A DNA stretch of 56,140 bases from a virus (lineage: Duplodnaviria > Caudoviricetes), in the IMG/VR virus record IMGVR_UViG_3300044972_000535, positions 1 to 56,140 of that record. One strand, given 5' to 3'. A program made the translations under genes and the position numbers. The notes under the pieces are model-generated. The model was given only the letters and a program-made list of their open reading frames with translations, was not told the DNA's origin and made no database searches. Positions within the stretch are counted from its first letter, which is position 1. The number at the start of each line of letters is the position of its first letter. Positions 10,601 to 16,657 of this stretch are shown here, in pieces.

Positions 10601-11137
10601 ATCGAGGGGTACATGGGGACTATGGCGGGGTACTTCACAGCCGCCGTGGACACGATCCTGGCCGGCGTGGGGACTATCCCCAAGAAGCCAGGTGGGGTGT
10701 TTGGCGACCCGTACCGGATTGCCGACACGCTGGGAGAGGTCAGCGGCGTGACCAGCTTTGTGCGGGACAGTGACCGGAACACCAGCCGCTTTGTCCGTGA
10801 CTTCTATGAGATGAAGCGGGAGGCTGACCAGGCTGCCCGTGCCTACAAGGTCTTGCGTGAGAAGGGCGACACCGAGACGGCGCAAGAACTGCTCGAGCAA
10901 AACCGTGCGCCAATTGCTGCCCGTACCCAGCTTGGCCGGCTGTCGAAGCAAATGACCGACATCAACAAGCAGATCGCCAGGGTCGAAACAGATGCCAAGG
11001 CGACGCCGTCTGAGAAGACCTTGAAGCTGAAGTCGTTGATGAAGCGGCGCAAGGCCATTGCCAGAAGTGGGTACGAGTACGCCCGTGGCATCAAGATCGC
11101 CTCCACATACGACGATGAGGCCGATACGGAAGAGTAA
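1673..11137 (+). CDS. Large polyvalent (ejection) protein: zincin HEAFH peptidase, putative HhH-GPD-like domain, two ART-PolyVal-like domains, C-terminal LPD38-like domain
   Basis: 3154 aa; Gly/Ala-rich N-terminal region; HEAFH at 4838-4852; two F.SWF.DS.VVD..G.P.VVYHG...QIKSA..N.G.FDP units; C-terminal IRLPRAFEVG...NWFTQRPI...SPKRVDY. Confidence 0.85.
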   Translation: MASNYLDDWFAKYSGGGEGGSQPAAATSPAATKIQSQIARIDEVAAKRKAGLKDSAVQRGISAVNDFLTPFSDGDEITNSINSRRQELQSELDTINRQGGVKKNEGFVDDVKSTFRSGVGSLKTGTAYLGKKAGLDTSALQGSGEVDQAVAQESFSDETKRIREEGVFGDQKGIADRAYAAVLGVTESTPGLLATIPITAAAVAALPEAAALAIGARAVPVLASRAPWLLRAIGVTAEQAATTQGAVIVGRQLVGTLAGTVTEGVQAAGSAGYETEGQIKRQIDANPEAFAQSELGRSLLEKTSGDLAKARDMAASDVAGNVALTTGFATSLLAIPGSAFESRIVSGLARKGFMKEAAFGAVGEGLQEAPQSGAEKLISNVGMQSVGSEVGTFEGVGRAAAEGAVVGGLLGGGVGTVGGALTPYERTPPPQGKDDELAAALDAERAVAGQPDRGGRTLESPNTLIDREVSALDEQMGTLRVGGLNLTPTQIMQSARANERDPRIANIMSQPVSPQTKVEQVARILNAEDASRLEPQVVQKITPLVGGTNKLSQTRAAIETELSKVDEAVIAESPILSAMAQAVAKDEKGKYAMGGKQAVDAVRGAVTGYRPTAPQGQTVFVRPERGGDGGVSMTQDQVAEERQREREAGQAFDLADRRQRRYESQTGVGGQREDLRPGASEPESQIFLDPKAYGEQLGWTPATLVASETPGMVRVQYESTSEMGADGAPVIISDEVSLNDLVGRVVRGSPRLTQEFARDQRRPQAGVGTGMAGPRNSIDRTSSKSLTTTPEPGPPMVRPVEPNFRYEGTRPNSGRGSQSAQPAAQQDTLPSPQQDAAPTPQDTLPAPQPKLEDNTDQQDGGEQYSGRASKRQKRVYGTQEKVAPAAKEAQPASLPAQGAAQPKQADNRATDARDADSATPDEARAAPKAEQVDYKAVIQDRLDKLAVRGRQGKVLANRIRSLMKDKNLTATQLYHAFQMGEVMSRVLPKNAGIDILFVPSLTATDATAAANSATRVGEEIPGKVQMYEISQNGFRGLITMSLSDSVLSVARENAAHEAFHVVQDMLFAYDRPAFDQINQSFFDGMRIDDLDASILRTLKTLSLNGQTSVYESLKSDFGNTPFGSSFEAQAVAFGALVDAKDRGSQMKGLKASFIRVVDMLANFRREFKNGLDKSGVQSVAEIFDGYRAGKAQENLTERAPLAGEGRASAEQYTARGVFPVPQRLFDKVGVPEEQRTRGGTYIDPKNREVFTGRTFGDATISINPETGSPSFVIDDATETEAMTPKDGTTVRTNLFKQKAGWKWVGDDRPAKTVVSVETRGKHFYTLATKFDTPVTLKSYPDAPSEPRLRPTTFGEITLGEQIGEIDVRGKLHPVYEGVTVHARGVQYSARTGKGKSQKPEYKHPEIGAQKIKVPLRGTSTIPFLYDNGKDKAEQTPGKSMALKDSVQFIQARTRTALMNRFGIDRIVGPNPDTDAYLSQTIASEAEAAILKERATGNRSALDWYTSAIENAIDEASAIYPMLTSDNAAMARNNQLGFRGKEDARVAFTLALSITSQNMKVRDNARATVEQFDVFLETGRFDPSRSYGTKAPSISGNLALANFMLEQVFDRNIANFGSFLNTEFTVSELNGIAKGIAKKGGMDKPPFSISGEQASEMVYGSAIFGPKIGNGFYQNLNRNFSPVTIDLWFMRLWGRLTGTLVGNDAAIAKQLQGLRDAIEADSHPTMKVPDGYVETVKNATEEEMVGVAVQMTAEWERQYKAFQKQGLTSKEITDQNLKPEWAYKAVAIAGQLKPNDAPTSGGQRKWIRDVVKTSVAMLAKNGYNVTPADLQALVWYPEKDLINLFKEGKLEANLNVSYDTAFKELAARRNANDQTADTNAGDGTGDGNARRSDGGRRADETLGQADQALAAGTVEEEGDKVRRTLPGQNRQRLIDRGAMYSGRTGSAEFKSWFRDSKVVDTDGNPRVVYHGTTSEISEFKPTNGVNGQIWGAGYYLTPDARYASSFAKDFTKPRADEDTGGNVMPLYASLQNPLQDAQEMTDIKREVGSNGAAITAEVKRRGYDGVDITIGGRPIVVAFEPAQIKSAVSNSGKFDPEDARIQYSGRTGSAEFNSWFGDSQVVDKNGDPLVVYHGSPNRGIEAFDTTRVTQRSARGDLAGAYFTSEPFSASNYARTTGSKERGKVYSTYLKIENPLDTTDAIRRYLRRGMSFNDAKQKALEALTPENDGVIFRGNGINTPEYVVFSPTQIKSATDNNGNFDPNDERIRYSARRGQRYTGGVSQSMMDKVVSNEPEPGVFGTFLDKMVGRRGGESRRRALVRNLVSDKDGMFMLDRMLDAAQRGVDISDGRVPVDGSSVGRAMEMASQSSGVVQAALEYGPPVFDGDLTTIHQDIPGLFDIFAPIGEEKADAFQTYAVARREKELRSGGRVGFTTLTDEEISETLSNADAEFKTVFDNYQAFNQVVLDYAVDTGLMTSELGDKLKSMDYIPYYRALELDSGELDVLGPNMGEALNNPKSALDLRLKGGDTGLGNLYENLIRNTQSILSAARKNLALQEAADAIDALNTAGVTGLGFKVREPKGEGVMRLRVDGKPAYYKIEDLAVWTAIASLGPQSRNMFVEVGSKLAGVLRSGITLSPSFMLRNLYRGKISAFVTTDAKLGIGIDSFKGAKDAFQGGEATRIIKVNSGMGGYTYGMGERDFANEIRRRYRRDEGGGYGFIRDWGDRFKGVLVGLEKIGEASEFAERVKLYKDLVAKGVTEKSAAYEAMNLTNFGRKGAGEGYIGYVASGLVPMIPFLNARIQGLYRIAENQQNEPTIMGLRQQVMIRGLLLTAASTLLYALAADDDRWDEESTENKMLNDIIYVGDKTIRLPRAFEVGTLFASMPIAFMDYVRDNDGQELGRKVRFAFMSTFALNPVPQMFLPGIGAAANLNWFTQRPIDNMADQNLPEAMRFDGNTSEIAKGIGKLADVSPKRVDYVIEGYMGTMAGYFTAAVDTILAGVGTIPKKPGGVFGDPYRIADTLGEVSGVTSFVRDSDRNTSRFVRDFYEMKREADQAARAYKVLREKGDTETAQELLEQNRAPIAARTQLGRLSKQMTDINKQIARVETDAKATPSEKTLKLKSLMKRRKAIARSGYEYARGIKIASTYDDEADTEE
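7284..7469 (+). CDS. Nested out-of-frame 61-aa ORF inside the polyvalent gene
   Basis: GGAG at 7272-7275, ATG 7284; MTRQPTPMQETELATAMHDAAMVDAVPTKPLDKQTKLWLREQLKKKGIKFDEPSLDKTAKG; fills an inter-domain linker. Confidence 0.55.
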   Translation: MTRQPTPMQETELATAMHDAAMVDAVPTKPLDKQTKLWLREQLKKKGIKFDEPSLDKTAKG

Positions 11138-11176
11138 AAAAGAACCCCCCGGAGTGGCTATCCTCCGGGGGTCTTT
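11136..11176. terminator. Probably bidirectional intrinsic terminator
   Basis: Stem CCCCCGGAG/CTCCGGGGG (11146-11171) with an A-run on the left and TCTTT on the right, between convergent genes. Confidence 0.75.
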
Positions 11177-11267
11177 GCTATGCTTACCCACAGCATCGCA
11201 CAGCGATTATGGGTACTGCCTGTAAGTGACTGAGCGGGAAAGAGTTTTCTCGTCGTGGACGCCTCCA

Positions 11268-11315
11268 ACCTTGCCAAGGTCGAGGTCGGGGGTTCGAGTC
11301 CCCTTTCCCGCTCCA
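11268..11315 (+). other. attP core: 3' part of tRNA-Gly(GCC)
   Basis: ACC TTGCCAA GGTCG AGGTC GGGGG TTCGAGT CCCCT TTCCCGC T CCA; anticodon loop, T-arm and CCA next to the integrase 3' end. Confidence 0.9.
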
Positions 11316-11327
11316 ATCAATAACTTA
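11315..11327 (+). promoter_or_regulatory. IHF-binding consensus next to the attP core
   Basis: AATCAATAACTTA matches WATCAANNNNTTR; degenerate inverted copy near 11223-11234. Confidence 0.6.
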
Positions 11328-11401
11328 CGTGTGTTTTGCCACGAAAGTTATGGGATTTGGGGGTAGTTTCCATAGTCGGCGCTACCCCTGACTTCCCCTC
11401 C

Positions 11402-12259
11402 TCACAGCGAGCCGATGTTGTCGGCAACCTTGCGGAGATGCTTGGTTGACAAATGGGCGTACCGCTGAACCATGCGGTCGTCCGACCAGCCTCCCATCTC
11501 ACGCACTGCTGCCGTGTGAGTCCCCTTCTGGATGTGCCATGACGCCCAGGTGTGGCGCAGGTCATGCCAGCGAAAGTTCTCAATACCCGCTCTCTTCAAC
11601 GCATTTCTGAAGGCACGGGTTCCGCTGCGGTAAACAGGCTTGCCACCGTAGGCGAACACCCATTCTTCGTTGCGACCCTTGTCGGCATTGCTTTTCCTCA
11701 AGACATCCCATGCGATGTCGTTGAGCGGGATGGAGAGCGTTTTACCGTTCTTCATCTTGCTGCCGTCAATCGTCACCATCCGGTTGGGCAGGTCTACTTC
11801 CTCCCACCGCAGAAGGCGGACGTTCGAGTCCCGCAATCCTGTGGCCAGCGCGAAGGTCACCTTTGCTCTCAGATGGCGGGGCAGTTCGTCCAACAGCTTG
11901 CGCGCTTCAGACTTCTCAATGAACCGCACCCTCTTTGGCTCCTCCATCCTCTTGATCTTGGGGGCGACATCAATCCACTCCCAATCATCTCGAGCCATGT
12001 TGAGGATTGACCGCAGCACGGTCATGTAGCGATTTACTGCCGCTACGCCACGATCCTTCATCAACTCATCACGCAGGTTCGTAATGACACCCTTCGTGAT
12101 CTTCACCAGAGGCCTGCCTTCCAGGAGCGCCTCGCCTTCGTGCTTCGTGGTTGTCAGGACATCGACGTAGTGTCGCTCCTGCTTTACCCACTTCCTTTCG
12201 GCGCGGCCCGCAAGCCACCGGTTTGATGCGTCGTTCCAGGTCTTCTTAACTTCGTCCAT
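11402..12259 (-). CDS. int: Tyrosine integrase
   Basis: ATGLRDSN, K(MKNG), RWHDLRHT, GGW, QRYAHL motifs; GGAGG before ATG 12259; adjacent attP. Confidence 0.95.
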   Translation of the reverse strand: MDEVKKTWNDASNRWLAGRAERKWVKQERHYVDVLTTTKHEGEALLEGRPLVKITKGVITNLRDELMKDRGVAAVNRYMTVLRSILNMARDDWEWIDVAPKIKRMEEPKRVRFIEKSEARKLLDELPRHLRAKVTFALATGLRDSNVRLLRWEEVDLPNRMVTIDGSKMKNGKTLSIPLNDIAWDVLRKSNADKGRNEEWVFAYGGKPVYRSGTRAFRNALKRAGIENFRWHDLRHTWASWHIQKGTHTAAVREMGGWSDDRMVQRYAHLSTKHLRKVADNIGSL

Positions 12260-12339
12260 ATACACCTCCATAAAGGCGGAGGCGTCCACCAGGTAATCAT
12301 GCCAGTAGACGACAACCCTGTCGATTTAACTTAATTCAG

Positions 12340-12582
12340 TCACAGCAGTTTGGTGCCGTAGAAGCCGTCGCCCTGATTTCCGCCCAGGATTTCGCTGCAC
12401 TCCTGGCTGCCATCAACAAAGAAGCCGACATGACCTTCACGCCGAAACAGGAGGTTTTCGTACAGGTTGCGGTAGACCTTGGCCTCAGCCTTCAGCTGGG
12501 CATTGACAGACTCCAGCCTGAGAATTTCCTTCTCCTGCTGTAGCTGTTCGATCTGCTTCCGGAGTTCTTCCTTGCGTACCAT
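12340..12582 (-). CDS. Hypothetical coiled-coil protein
   Basis: 80 aa, AAGGAAG RBS, part of leftward operon. Confidence 0.65.
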   Translation of the reverse strand: MVRKEELRKQIEQLQQEKEILRLESVNAQLKAEAKVYRNLYENLLFRREGHVGFFVDGSQECSEILGGNQGDGFYGTKLL

Positions 12583-12597
12583 TTCAGTCTTCCTTGA

Positions 12598-12939
12598 TTA
12601 TTCGCGACGCTTGGCGTTGTCCCTAACGACGCGATAGTTGCGAGGGGCGTCCAGCCCAATCCGTGCCAACGACAACTCCTGGCCGTCTGCGCCAAGAACA
12701 TGGCGGATGGCGATCAGGACAATGCGTAACTGGCCCAGCTGTAAGCTGTCATTCGTTGCGTCGAGCCGGTATTGCGTACAACCGTTGCAGTCAGTGACGC
12801 TCAATTGAGCGAACCTGTCGCGCAAGTTATCCACGATCCGCTCGACACGGATCATGTGTTCAAAAGTCTCTTCCGGCTGATCGGTGATCGCCTGCCCTCC
12901 ATAAATGACAGACCCCACATTACGGGTCAGAACAAGCAT
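12598..12939 (-). CDS. CsrA/RsmA-like protein with internal insertion
   Basis: N-terminal MLVLTRNVGSVIYGG and C-terminal ARIGLDAPRNYRVVRD resemble CsrA MLILTRRVGE...VRIGVNAPKEVSVHRE. Confidence 0.6.
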   Translation of the reverse strand: MLVLTRNVGSVIYGGQAITDQPEETFEHMIRVERIVDNLRDRFAQLSVTDCNGCTQYRLDATNDSLQLGQLRIVLIAIRHVLGADGQELSLARIGLDAPRNYRVVRDNAKRRE

Positions 12940-13064
12940 CAGTGGTCCAATCTTCCCCAGCCGATAAGAAACTGCTTCGAGGACCACAGCCAGATGGCGG
13001 CGACCCACACCCACCAGGGCATCTGCGCCCAGTAGATGATCAGCAATGCGATAAGAAGGGTCAT
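12939..13064 (-). CDS. Small Trp-rich membrane protein (41 aa)
   Basis: GAGGAG RBS; MTLLIALLIIYWAQMPWWVWVAAIWLWSSKQFLIGWGRLDH; TGATG coupling to the next gene. Confidence 0.65.
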   Translation of the reverse strand: MTLLIALLIIYWAQMPWWVWVAAIWLWSSKQFLIGWGRLDH

Positions 13065-13121
13065 GTCACTCTCCTCGAGTGCATGGGGGTGGCATCTCAC
13101 CACCCCCCTACGACGACGTAC

Positions 13122-13421
13122 TTAGAACGGAACATCGTCATCAAGAGGATCGTCATCCCGCGCAGCCGGCCTGGCGGGTGCAGATGCACCATCAGCCTTC
13201 TTCTTCCACGCGCGGCCAGAGAAGAACTTCCCCTTTGAGCCGTCGATGACCTTGGCCTCGATGTTCAGCGTCTCGCCGTTCTCGAGAACGAATCGACCGC
13301 TGTAAGTGGGGACACTGTTTTCCTCCCAACCCTTTTCGCGGTAGAACTTCTTGCGCTCGTTGACGCGGTCATCGTCGTCCTTGAACAAGGAGAACGTATT
13401 TGGTTTTTGTTCGTATGCCAT
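13122..13421 (-). CDS. ssb: Single-stranded DNA-binding protein
   Basis: MAYEQKPNTFSLFK...PTYSG...acidic tail DDDPLDDDVPF; recombination operon. Confidence 0.7.
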   Translation of the reverse strand: MAYEQKPNTFSLFKDDDDRVNERKKFYREKGWEENSVPTYSGRFVLENGETLNIEAKVIDGSKGKFFSGRAWKKKADGASAPARPAARDDDPLDDDVPF

Positions 13422-13435
13422 TCCTGGTACTCCGA

Positions 13436-13618
13436 TTAGTCCAACTGGACGTTCTTGATGCGGCTGATGTGTGCGAAGTAGAGGTTGACGGCCTGGCGCA
13501 GCACACTTGCTACAGGGCGGTCTTCTACGATGGAACGCTCGCACAGCGCCCTATAGGTCTCGTCATCAACCGTCGTTTGAACTAAGCGGTTTTGACCCTC
13601 CCGTTTGATCTTGACCAT
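13436..13618 (-). CDS. Ribbon-helix-helix DNA-binding protein
   Basis: LVQTTVDDETYRAL...DRPVASVLRQAV pattern. Confidence 0.7.
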   Translation of the reverse strand: MVKIKREGQNRLVQTTVDDETYRALCERSIVEDRPVASVLRQAVNLYFAHISRIKNVQLD

Positions 13619-14526
13619 TACTCTTTTCCTCCAATGAAACTCACGTTAAACGAAACCACTCCAGGGTTTCGGTAGTCATCCAACGTCTTGCCGGACTCCT
13701 TCAACAGCTTGTCGAGATTGATGTCGCTGTATAGCGTCTTGCTATTAACGGACCCCTTCTTGTCGATGCGCTGAAGCTTCACGCCGGCAGCCTCGAACGA
13801 CCCGAACTCGCTCCCCAATTCCTTTTTCAGCGCATCGAACTCTTCACGGGTGGAGGCCGTCTCGATTTCGGCGGCTTTGAGTAGTGTGAATAACTCTGCA
13901 AATCGCCTAGCCTTTGGATGGGATAGGGTCAGCACCCCGCTTCCGAGATGCTTTGCTGAACGCTCACCGTCTCCAATTACCTCGAGGTACTCGGATCGGA
14001 ACGCTTCAAGCTTAGGCAGGTTTGTCGCGAACCAGTCTATGTCCCGCGCCACTCGCTCCACCGTGAAGCAGTCCTCGCTTATATAAACAAAGAAATCCAT
14101 CCAATCGAGGTCACACACCTCCATGACGTGCTGGACTTGAGCGTAGTACCCAGGCTTTTCGTACACCGAGTACGGCTTCTTTGCCCAATACGGACACTTG
14201 ATTTCCAAGCCACCATTCAAGCCTATGAGGCCATCGGGTGATGCGCCGAGCCAGTCATACAGGTCGTGCTTGACAAGTCCGGTCTGCTCGACTGTCTGCA
14301 TCTGGGTCTTCTCGTAGTAGGCGAGAGCGACTGGTTCCATACGCTCACCGTGGTTGGTGGCGGCGTTGCCCTGGAACTCCTTCTCAGCGCCAAGATGTTC
14401 ACGAACCATCTCGCGCATGACATCTTCGCGTGTGGCGAAAGGGTTGACCCCGAGGATCGACCCGACGCGGCTGCCGGTGATTACACCGACACGCGCCTTG
14501 AACCACTCTTCACTCCGCTGTTCCAT
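13618..14526 (-). CDS. YqaJ/lambda-type exonuclease
   Basis: QRSEEWFKAR..ITGS, GASPDGL, LEIKCP, YYAQVQ. Confidence 0.93.
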   Translation of the reverse strand: MEQRSEEWFKARVGVITGSRVGSILGVNPFATREDVMREMVREHLGAEKEFQGNAATNHGERMEPVALAYYEKTQMQTVEQTGLVKHDLYDWLGASPDGLIGLNGGLEIKCPYWAKKPYSVYEKPGYYAQVQHVMEVCDLDWMDFFVYISEDCFTVERVARDIDWFATNLPKLEAFRSEYLEVIGDGERSAKHLGSGVLTLSHPKARRFAELFTLLKAAEIETASTREEFDALKKELGSEFGSFEAAGVKLQRIDKKGSVNSKTLYSDINLDKLLKESGKTLDDYRNPGVVSFNVSFIGGKE

Positions 14527-14740
14527 CTTCGTCCTTCCTGATCGAGGGCATCGGCCTCAGTTGGTGTAGTGAGCAGGTCGCACTGACGCAGTCCCTGACC
14601 TGCTCCCGCCACGTCCCTCTGCCTATCGGGTCATAGATGCACTCGCGGCACTTGGCGTTGATTGCCTGGCGCATCGATGGACGGGGAGGCTTTCCCTTGA
14701 GCGCCTCGCGCGCCTTTACCAGCCGCTCCTCCTTGGTCAC
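14510..14740 (-). CDS. Small Cys-rich hypothetical protein
   Basis: AINAKCRECI...C...C.LH. Confidence 0.65.
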   Translation of the reverse strand: MTKEERLVKAREALKGKPPRPSMRQAINAKCRECIYDPIGRGTWREQVRDCVSATCSLHQLRPMPSIRKDEDGTAE

Positions 14741-15438
14741 GCCAGTTTCACTTTCAGTTCATCCTTCAAGAGGGTGAAGGTCTGAAGCATTTCCTTGTCG
14801 TTGCGGTTGTTGGCGTACTTGCTTGCCTTCGTGAATGAAGACTTCAGTTCAGCCAATCCCTTCGATGCCTGCATCGCAGCACGAAGTTCCACAACTGGAT
14901 CGTATGGCAACTCCACTTCAGGCGCGGATGGATCAAAGGCCGGCACATCCTTTGCCGGTTCTGACTTGGATGCATCAGGCAGGTCTTCGCCTGCGTAGAT
15001 GTAGTGGCCTAGTCCGAACAGCGCCATGGCCTTAACCAGGCAGCGCATCTTGGTGTCGTTGACGGCTCGAGCGTCCGGCTTCGGTATCGGCTTGTTGCGA
15101 TGATCCATCACAGGCAGCCACATCACGCGCATGACGCCGTCGACCGACAGTGCGCAACGCACCTCAGCTGTGCCGTCCGGATAGTAGAAGACCTCACCGC
15201 CGCCATCGCCGAACTGATCGAACGAGAACTTGCTGTTGGGGAAGTTGTCCATCAGGACGCCCCACGCCCACGCCCAGCTGAGATAGCTGAAGCCATTCTT
15301 CTTTTCGACGTGTTCGTTGACGTTGATCGTGGACAGAGTGTCCCAAATCAATTTTGCTTTTGTGGCGACAGCATCTTTCACCGAAGACGGAAGGTGAATC
15401 GAGTTGATCGACGCGATGCCGGATGTCTGCGTTTCCAT
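14737..15438 (-). CDS. Sak3-like (DUF1071) single-strand annealing protein
   Basis: INVNEHVEKKNGFSYLSWAWAW, LPVMDHRNK, RCLVKAMALFGLGHYIYAGEDLP; GGAG RBS before 15438. Confidence 0.88.
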   Translation of the reverse strand: METQTSGIASINSIHLPSSVKDAVATKAKLIWDTLSTINVNEHVEKKNGFSYLSWAWAWGVLMDNFPNSKFSFDQFGDGGGEVFYYPDGTAEVRCALSVDGVMRVMWLPVMDHRNKPIPKPDARAVNDTKMRCLVKAMALFGLGHYIYAGEDLPDASKSEPAKDVPAFDPSAPEVELPYDPVVELRAAMQASKGLAELKSSFTKASKYANNRNDKEMLQTFTLLKDELKVKLA

Positions 15439-15664
15439 GTTCGTACTCCCTGGTTGCAGCATCAACATAGCGGCTTGTGCACAGAGATCAACTTTTGTGT
15501 TTCGCTGAATGGGGATTCTTTTCGCTGGTGTGACATTTATGTCACTCGCATTTGCGTACATATAAAGATGTGTGGAACGCTGTAGACCCTCCGGTGTAGA
15601 AATCGCATCGCCAGGCGTTGGTGTGGGGTTGTTTCCCGCAATTCTCTCGCCTATGTCTGGCACC

Positions 15665-15736
15665 GGACGGCTAGGTTCGCTACCGAAAAGCCATGTTCGC
15701 CTTGCGTGAAGACCCTTCCCGTATGGCCTGCCGTCC
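15665..15736 (+). ncRNA. Candidate structured cis-regulatory RNA
   Basis: GGACGGC/GCCGTCC closing stem; GG-TTCGCTA-CC, GAAAA linker, GCCAT/ATGGC stem with inner hairpin. Confidence 0.4.
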
Positions 15737-15775
15737 AACTTCTTGGCGAGCAGGCAATAGGTGCAGGGGCATTCA

Positions 15776-15826
15776 ATGATTTCAGATACAGACGCCACCA
15801 TCACGACCTGTGCGGCCACACGATGA
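15776..15826 (+). CDS. Possible 16-aa leader peptide coupled to the initiator
   Basis: MISDTDATITTCAATR*, AGGGG upstream, ATGA overlap with ATG 15823. Confidence 0.3.
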   Translation: MISDTDATITTCAATR

Positions 15827-16656
15827 GTGGCTGGTACAAGATGCATCGTGGATGGATGGATGACTCGCTGTTCGACGGCGACGCTTTCTGCAAACGCTCC
15901 GCATGGGAGTACCTGATCCACGAAGCCGCATACGATGACCACCATCAGTGGTTCAACGGCAAGCAGGTAGAGGTCAAGCGCGGCCAGTTCGTTGTGTCAG
16001 AACGCAAGCTGTCAGAGGCTTGGAGGTGGGATCGGCAGCGTGTTCGCACGTTTATCAGGCAACTCGAACGCGACGGAAAAGTAACCCGCGAGGTAACCCA
16101 GGGTGTAACCCAGCTAAACCTCCGGAATTACGAGCGTTTTCAGGGATGCCAACCCACCGATAAACCCAGCAGTAAACCCACAACTAACCCAGAACTAACC
16201 CAGAGCAAACCCACAACAGAAGAAGGGAAAGAAAATGAAGAAGGGAAAGAAGGAAAGAAAGTAGCGCGTGGGACGCGCCTCACCCCCGACTGGGTGTTGC
16301 CTGATGACTGGCGTGACTCGGCCAAAGCGGAGAAGGGTTGGTCTGATCACGACGTGTCGGCGGAAGCCAATCGGTTCCGCGACTACTGGGTCGAGAACAC
16401 AACCAAGACTGGCGTGAAGCTGGATTGGAGGAAGACCTGGGCCAACTGGATCGACCGCAGCAATCGCAAGCCAACATCAAGTGCGATGGCGGGGATGTCT
16501 TTCGCTCAGGCGCGTGACCGCATCAAGGAACTCGAGCGTGAAACCGAGTTGATGCTGATCCAGCTTCCTGATAGGCCGTCTCTCCGCGAGAGATACATCA
16601 AGAGCAAAACGGATTTGGAAGACCTGCGCAAAGCGGTCGAATGGAAGGGACGCTGA
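15823..16656 (+). CDS. Replication initiator (lambda O/DnaD-like)
   Basis: MSGWYKMHR N-terminal wHTH type, internal iteron linker, C-terminal F.DYW...KLDWRKTWANW. Confidence 0.85.
   Translation: MSGWYKMHRGWMDDSLFDGDAFCKRSAWEYLIHEAAYDDHHQWFNGKQVEVKRGQFVVSERKLSEAWRWDRQRVRTFIRQLERDGKVTREVTQGVTQLNLRNYERFQGCQPTDKPSSKPTTNPELTQSKPTTEEGKENEEGKEGKKVARGTRLTPDWVLPDDWRDSAKAEKGWSDHDVSAEANRFRDYWVENTTKTGVKLDWRKTWANWIDRSNRKPTSSAMAGMSFAQARDRIKELERETELMLIQLPDRPSLRERYIKSKTDLEDLRKAVEWKGR
16081..16260 (+). repeat. Origin iterons inside the initiator gene
   Basis: About 9 copies of (T/A/C)AACCC(A) followed by a purine tract AGAAGGGAAAGAA. Confidence 0.7.
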
Positions 16657-16657
16657 A

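Noticed and set aside
11234-11315. Complete functional tRNA-Gly gene
   Set aside because: No canonical D-arm and a mismatch in the anticodon stem; better explained as an attP core beside the integrase.
15665-15736. Hammerhead ribozyme
   Set aside because: GAAA is present but the CUGANGA core is missing.
15439-15945. N-terminal 169 aa of the 402-aa minus-strand ORF
   Set aside because: It crosses the divergent regulatory region and the initiator gene; the Sak3-like protein starts at 15438 with an RBS.
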